From Lytechinus pictus (Eukaryota), in assembly GCF_037042905.1 (NCBI RefSeq), contig NC_087251.1, forward strand, positions 49,353,358 through 49,417,357: a DNA stretch of 64,000 bases, in the 5' to 3' direction. Below the pieces are notes generated by a model. The model saw only the letters and a list, made by a program, of their open reading frames with translations. It did not search any database and was not told where the DNA came from. Position numbers and translations under genes: made by a program. This document shows positions 61,235-64,000 of the stretch, piece after piece. The first letter of the stretch is position 1. The number at the start of each line of letters is the position of its first letter.

Positions 61235-62760
61235 TTAAACTACGTTGGCTCCACTCACCAATACATATCCAGAAATTGTTTAAGAAATCCCAAGAACCTT
61301 AAAAACGACGGTTATTCCTGTGTACATAAATCTAGGCTCCATTTTAGTAACTAAAGAAGGCCCAACGTTAAACCTAACTCGTAGGCTCCTAGTCCTACGT
61401 CGTCGTCGGACTCACTTAAATTCCACAGTCCAGTTGAGTGTTGACAATTGCAAACGATCGCTACTTTTAATAGTCCCACATGCCATTTCCGTGAAACTGG
61501 TAACATCTAATCCACAGGAGGCCCCCATACACATAGAAAAAATATATTCGTGGACCAGCTGGTCAATATATTCATCGAAGGTGGACCGGCTGGGAAAATA
61601 CACCAATTTCGATCATATCATGTGACGCGCTATGAACCAATCGCGCTTGGGTATCTGTCTTGGCTATCTAATATTAGCAGTTATTAGCCATTAGTTCCTG
61701 TTGGCTAAAATAAATGACTGGTCATGTGATAGACTTGAGCCAATCATTTGGTTTGGAACCAAAACACCATATTATGATTTATTATATAATAACTTACTCT
61801 TCTTGCATCCGCTTTGATACTTGTTCTGGTGTTCTGTATGTCATGGAAGCAAGTTCTGACCTGAAAATGCCAAAAGTATAATTGGTAATGTGAGAGATTA
61901 TTGTAAAAGATATAGAGTGTAGCGCCCAACAATTCTTGCCCTAGGGGGCGCATTAAATAAAAGAAGCACAAAAAAGAGAACAAGCTTAAAATACAGAGAA
62001 GATCAAATCACAGATAGCTGGCAAAAATCCAGATTAATCTGTAAATTGATACATATCCGCAATTGTTCTTATTCACCATTTGAATACATAATTGTTGAAT
62101 AAAGTGTGTTAACTTTGAAGTAATGAAAACAATTGAGAAGGATTGCTATTTAGCGAGAATTAATTGTGCATGCATGTAGCGTGTGAGCACACGGCGAGGT
62201 TTGGTGGGTACGAGATTGAGCAAACGCTGAGATTTGGCGTGCATGAGATTGGAAAGGGTGGGAGCATTACAAGAGCATGGAATACTAATATATTTCTATC
62301 TGATAATTCTGTTGCAGGCATTGCTCACAGTATGTGTCCAGCTTCCATCATTGTGTGATCTTATTCTTAATGAAATAATTACACTTGTGTGTCTATATTT
62401 AGCAGGACTAGGAGCACTGTTGATGCATTAACAGCAAAGTATATATTTATATAGAAGCTGCCATTTATCTTATCATTATTATTTAATTCATCCTAATCAA
62501 TTAAGGATAAGTCAGACCATGACTTATCTGGTAAACCTTTTTTTTCTGACAAGCAAAAAAAAAAAAAAGATTTTAATTCCTTCCCAAGGCACTGATATTT
62601 TGTCTGACATATTCCAAAATATGTCAGTAGGGGCACTTTATACACCTCCTCCTCCCCCCTAATTAAGTTTCATGATTGCTGAATAATTAGAATTATCATA
62701 ATTTCTGTTTCAGACATAAATAATAGCTTAAACTTTACAAAATTCAGATGATAGTGTTAC

Positions 62761-63015
62761 CTGAGTGACTGATTTCCGTAGCTAACATTCAAATCTTGAG
62801 TTCCACCAGGAGGCTGTCGAGGCCCTTTTCTGGACGGCTTGAGACTCGACGTCATCGGTCCCATCTCATCCTCCTCCCCTTCGAGTTCTAGAGACTGGAT
62901 CCTCATAGCTTGTTCTTCCACCCATCTTAGATGATCCTCGGCCCTCTGGAGACGGGCGTTCTCTCGTCGATCTCGCTCTTCTAGCTCCTCAAGCTGCTCT
63001 CTGGAATGTAGGGTT
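62761..63015 (-). CDS. SPATA7: SPATA7-like coding exon (charged, coiled-coil-like linker)
   Basis: Acceptor ctttctcttctcccctataaatcag (in-frame alternative ttccag 15 nt downstream), donor ag|gtaaca. 255 bp, phase 2-2, open: TLHSREQLEELEERDRRENARLQRAEDHLRWVEEQAMRIQ...GNQSL(R). Confidence 0.85.
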
Positions 63016-63416
63016 CTGATTTATAGGGGAGAAGAGAAAGATATAAAGTTGTTTTTCTTGTAAAGTCATATATGACTTTAAATTGACAGGAACATGTTGT
63101 TTTTAGGTGCTAAGTCAGCTACATAGAACGATATCATTTAGCACATGAAAGTGTCACCGTTCATACATAAAGTCATTTGTAACTTATGTACAGCTCTATT
63201 AAAATACCCACCACAAAATCCCCTTGGCTGCTTGTTTTTAACAACTACAATTCTTTGATCCTTTCCCCAAGAAAGTGCTAACTCTAGTGGAGTAATTGGA
63301 AGTTGCAAACAAACGGAACCAATAAAGCCACACCCGTTAAAAAAAAAAAGTAAAAAATCTATGTTTTGAAGCTTCCAAGGACGATTGTTACTTTCACCAA
63401 CCCTCTATTTCTTTAC

Positions 63417-63847
63417 CTTGTATTGCTTTCATTCCACTGTAGTTCTCTCTCTGACCTTCCAGTTTCATTAAGTTCCTTAGCACCTCCTTTCCTCTTCGGT
63501 GCATTATAGTTCTTAGATTGAGCAAGTCTTGAAGTGGCACCCGTCTTTAAAGTTCTTGGAGTGAACAGCTTCCGCGACTCTGTAAACTTATCTGCTCGCT
63601 TGTCTAGAATGTCCGCTGATTCCTTTCTTGGTGTTCGGCTTTGGTAGTCCAGAGTCATTGAGCCTTGCATGTCGGCGTTCTTATTGTTCCTGTATTGGTT
63701 TGAATTGTAGTTGTGTGATTGGCTGGTGTGTGGCCTGTTCACGTCTGAGTATGCACTGCGGGGGCGGTACGGTTGAGGGGTCATAGAAGCGTTCCGAGGA
63801 CCTCGCGGATCAGAGATTCCATACTTGGCAAGGTCTTCATCCAAGTC
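63417..63847 (-). CDS. SPATA7: SPATA7-like (spermatogenesis-associated 7, ciliary protein) coding exon
   Basis: Minus-strand acceptor ttttgttatatcag, donor ag|gtaaag. Contains DILDKRADKFTESRKLFTPRTLKTGATSRLAQSKNYNAPKRK, matching the SPATA7 D-x-LDK...FTPRTLKT...Y..P.RK block as I recall it. Confidence 0.85.
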
Positions 63848-64000
63848 CTGATATAACAAAAATATGATCCTGAATTAGTCTAACACAATTTCTTACCTGA
63901 TTTCAATAATTAAATGAAAAGAAAAGGTATCCTATACCAAGTATGGAAGGATCATCCCCTTGAATAATTTTCAGCATTGAAACATGTGAAACCTATCTAT

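Overview
AT-rich animal genomic DNA with spliceosomal introns. The repeat landscape suggests a marine invertebrate, possibly a sea urchin (inference only). Two genes converge tail-to-tail. (1) The + strand holds the 3' half of a TALE-class Meis/homothorax homeobox gene: coding exons 2797-2873, 17799-17857 (probable alternative extension to 17935) and 26855-27003, then a probable 3'UTR intron and a long terminal exon from 31012. (2) The - strand holds the last four coding exons of a SPATA7-like gene (63417-63847, 62761-63015, 54050-54185, 52661-52741). The rest is intronic or intergenic and rich in non-autonomous transposons (Harbinger-, Kolobok-, Tc1/mariner- and Helentron/HINE-like elements, SINEs), many of them nested, often with the empty insertion site visible in a second copy inside the window. 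Highlights: an AcademH-like element carrying a RecQ-type helicase remnant, inserted with a 9-bp TSD into the 5' hairpin of a HINE; three in-frame donors after the Meis homeodomain exon; a 3.6-kb array of 50-bp units inside an old long-TIR element; over-represented TACATGTA/TAGGCCTA palindromes that behave like excision footprints; and DR4/DR1 nuclear-receptor-type arrays plus a CTCF-like motif in Meis introns. Almost all ORFs in the supplied track are spurious. I see no prokaryote-type system (CRISPR, operon).
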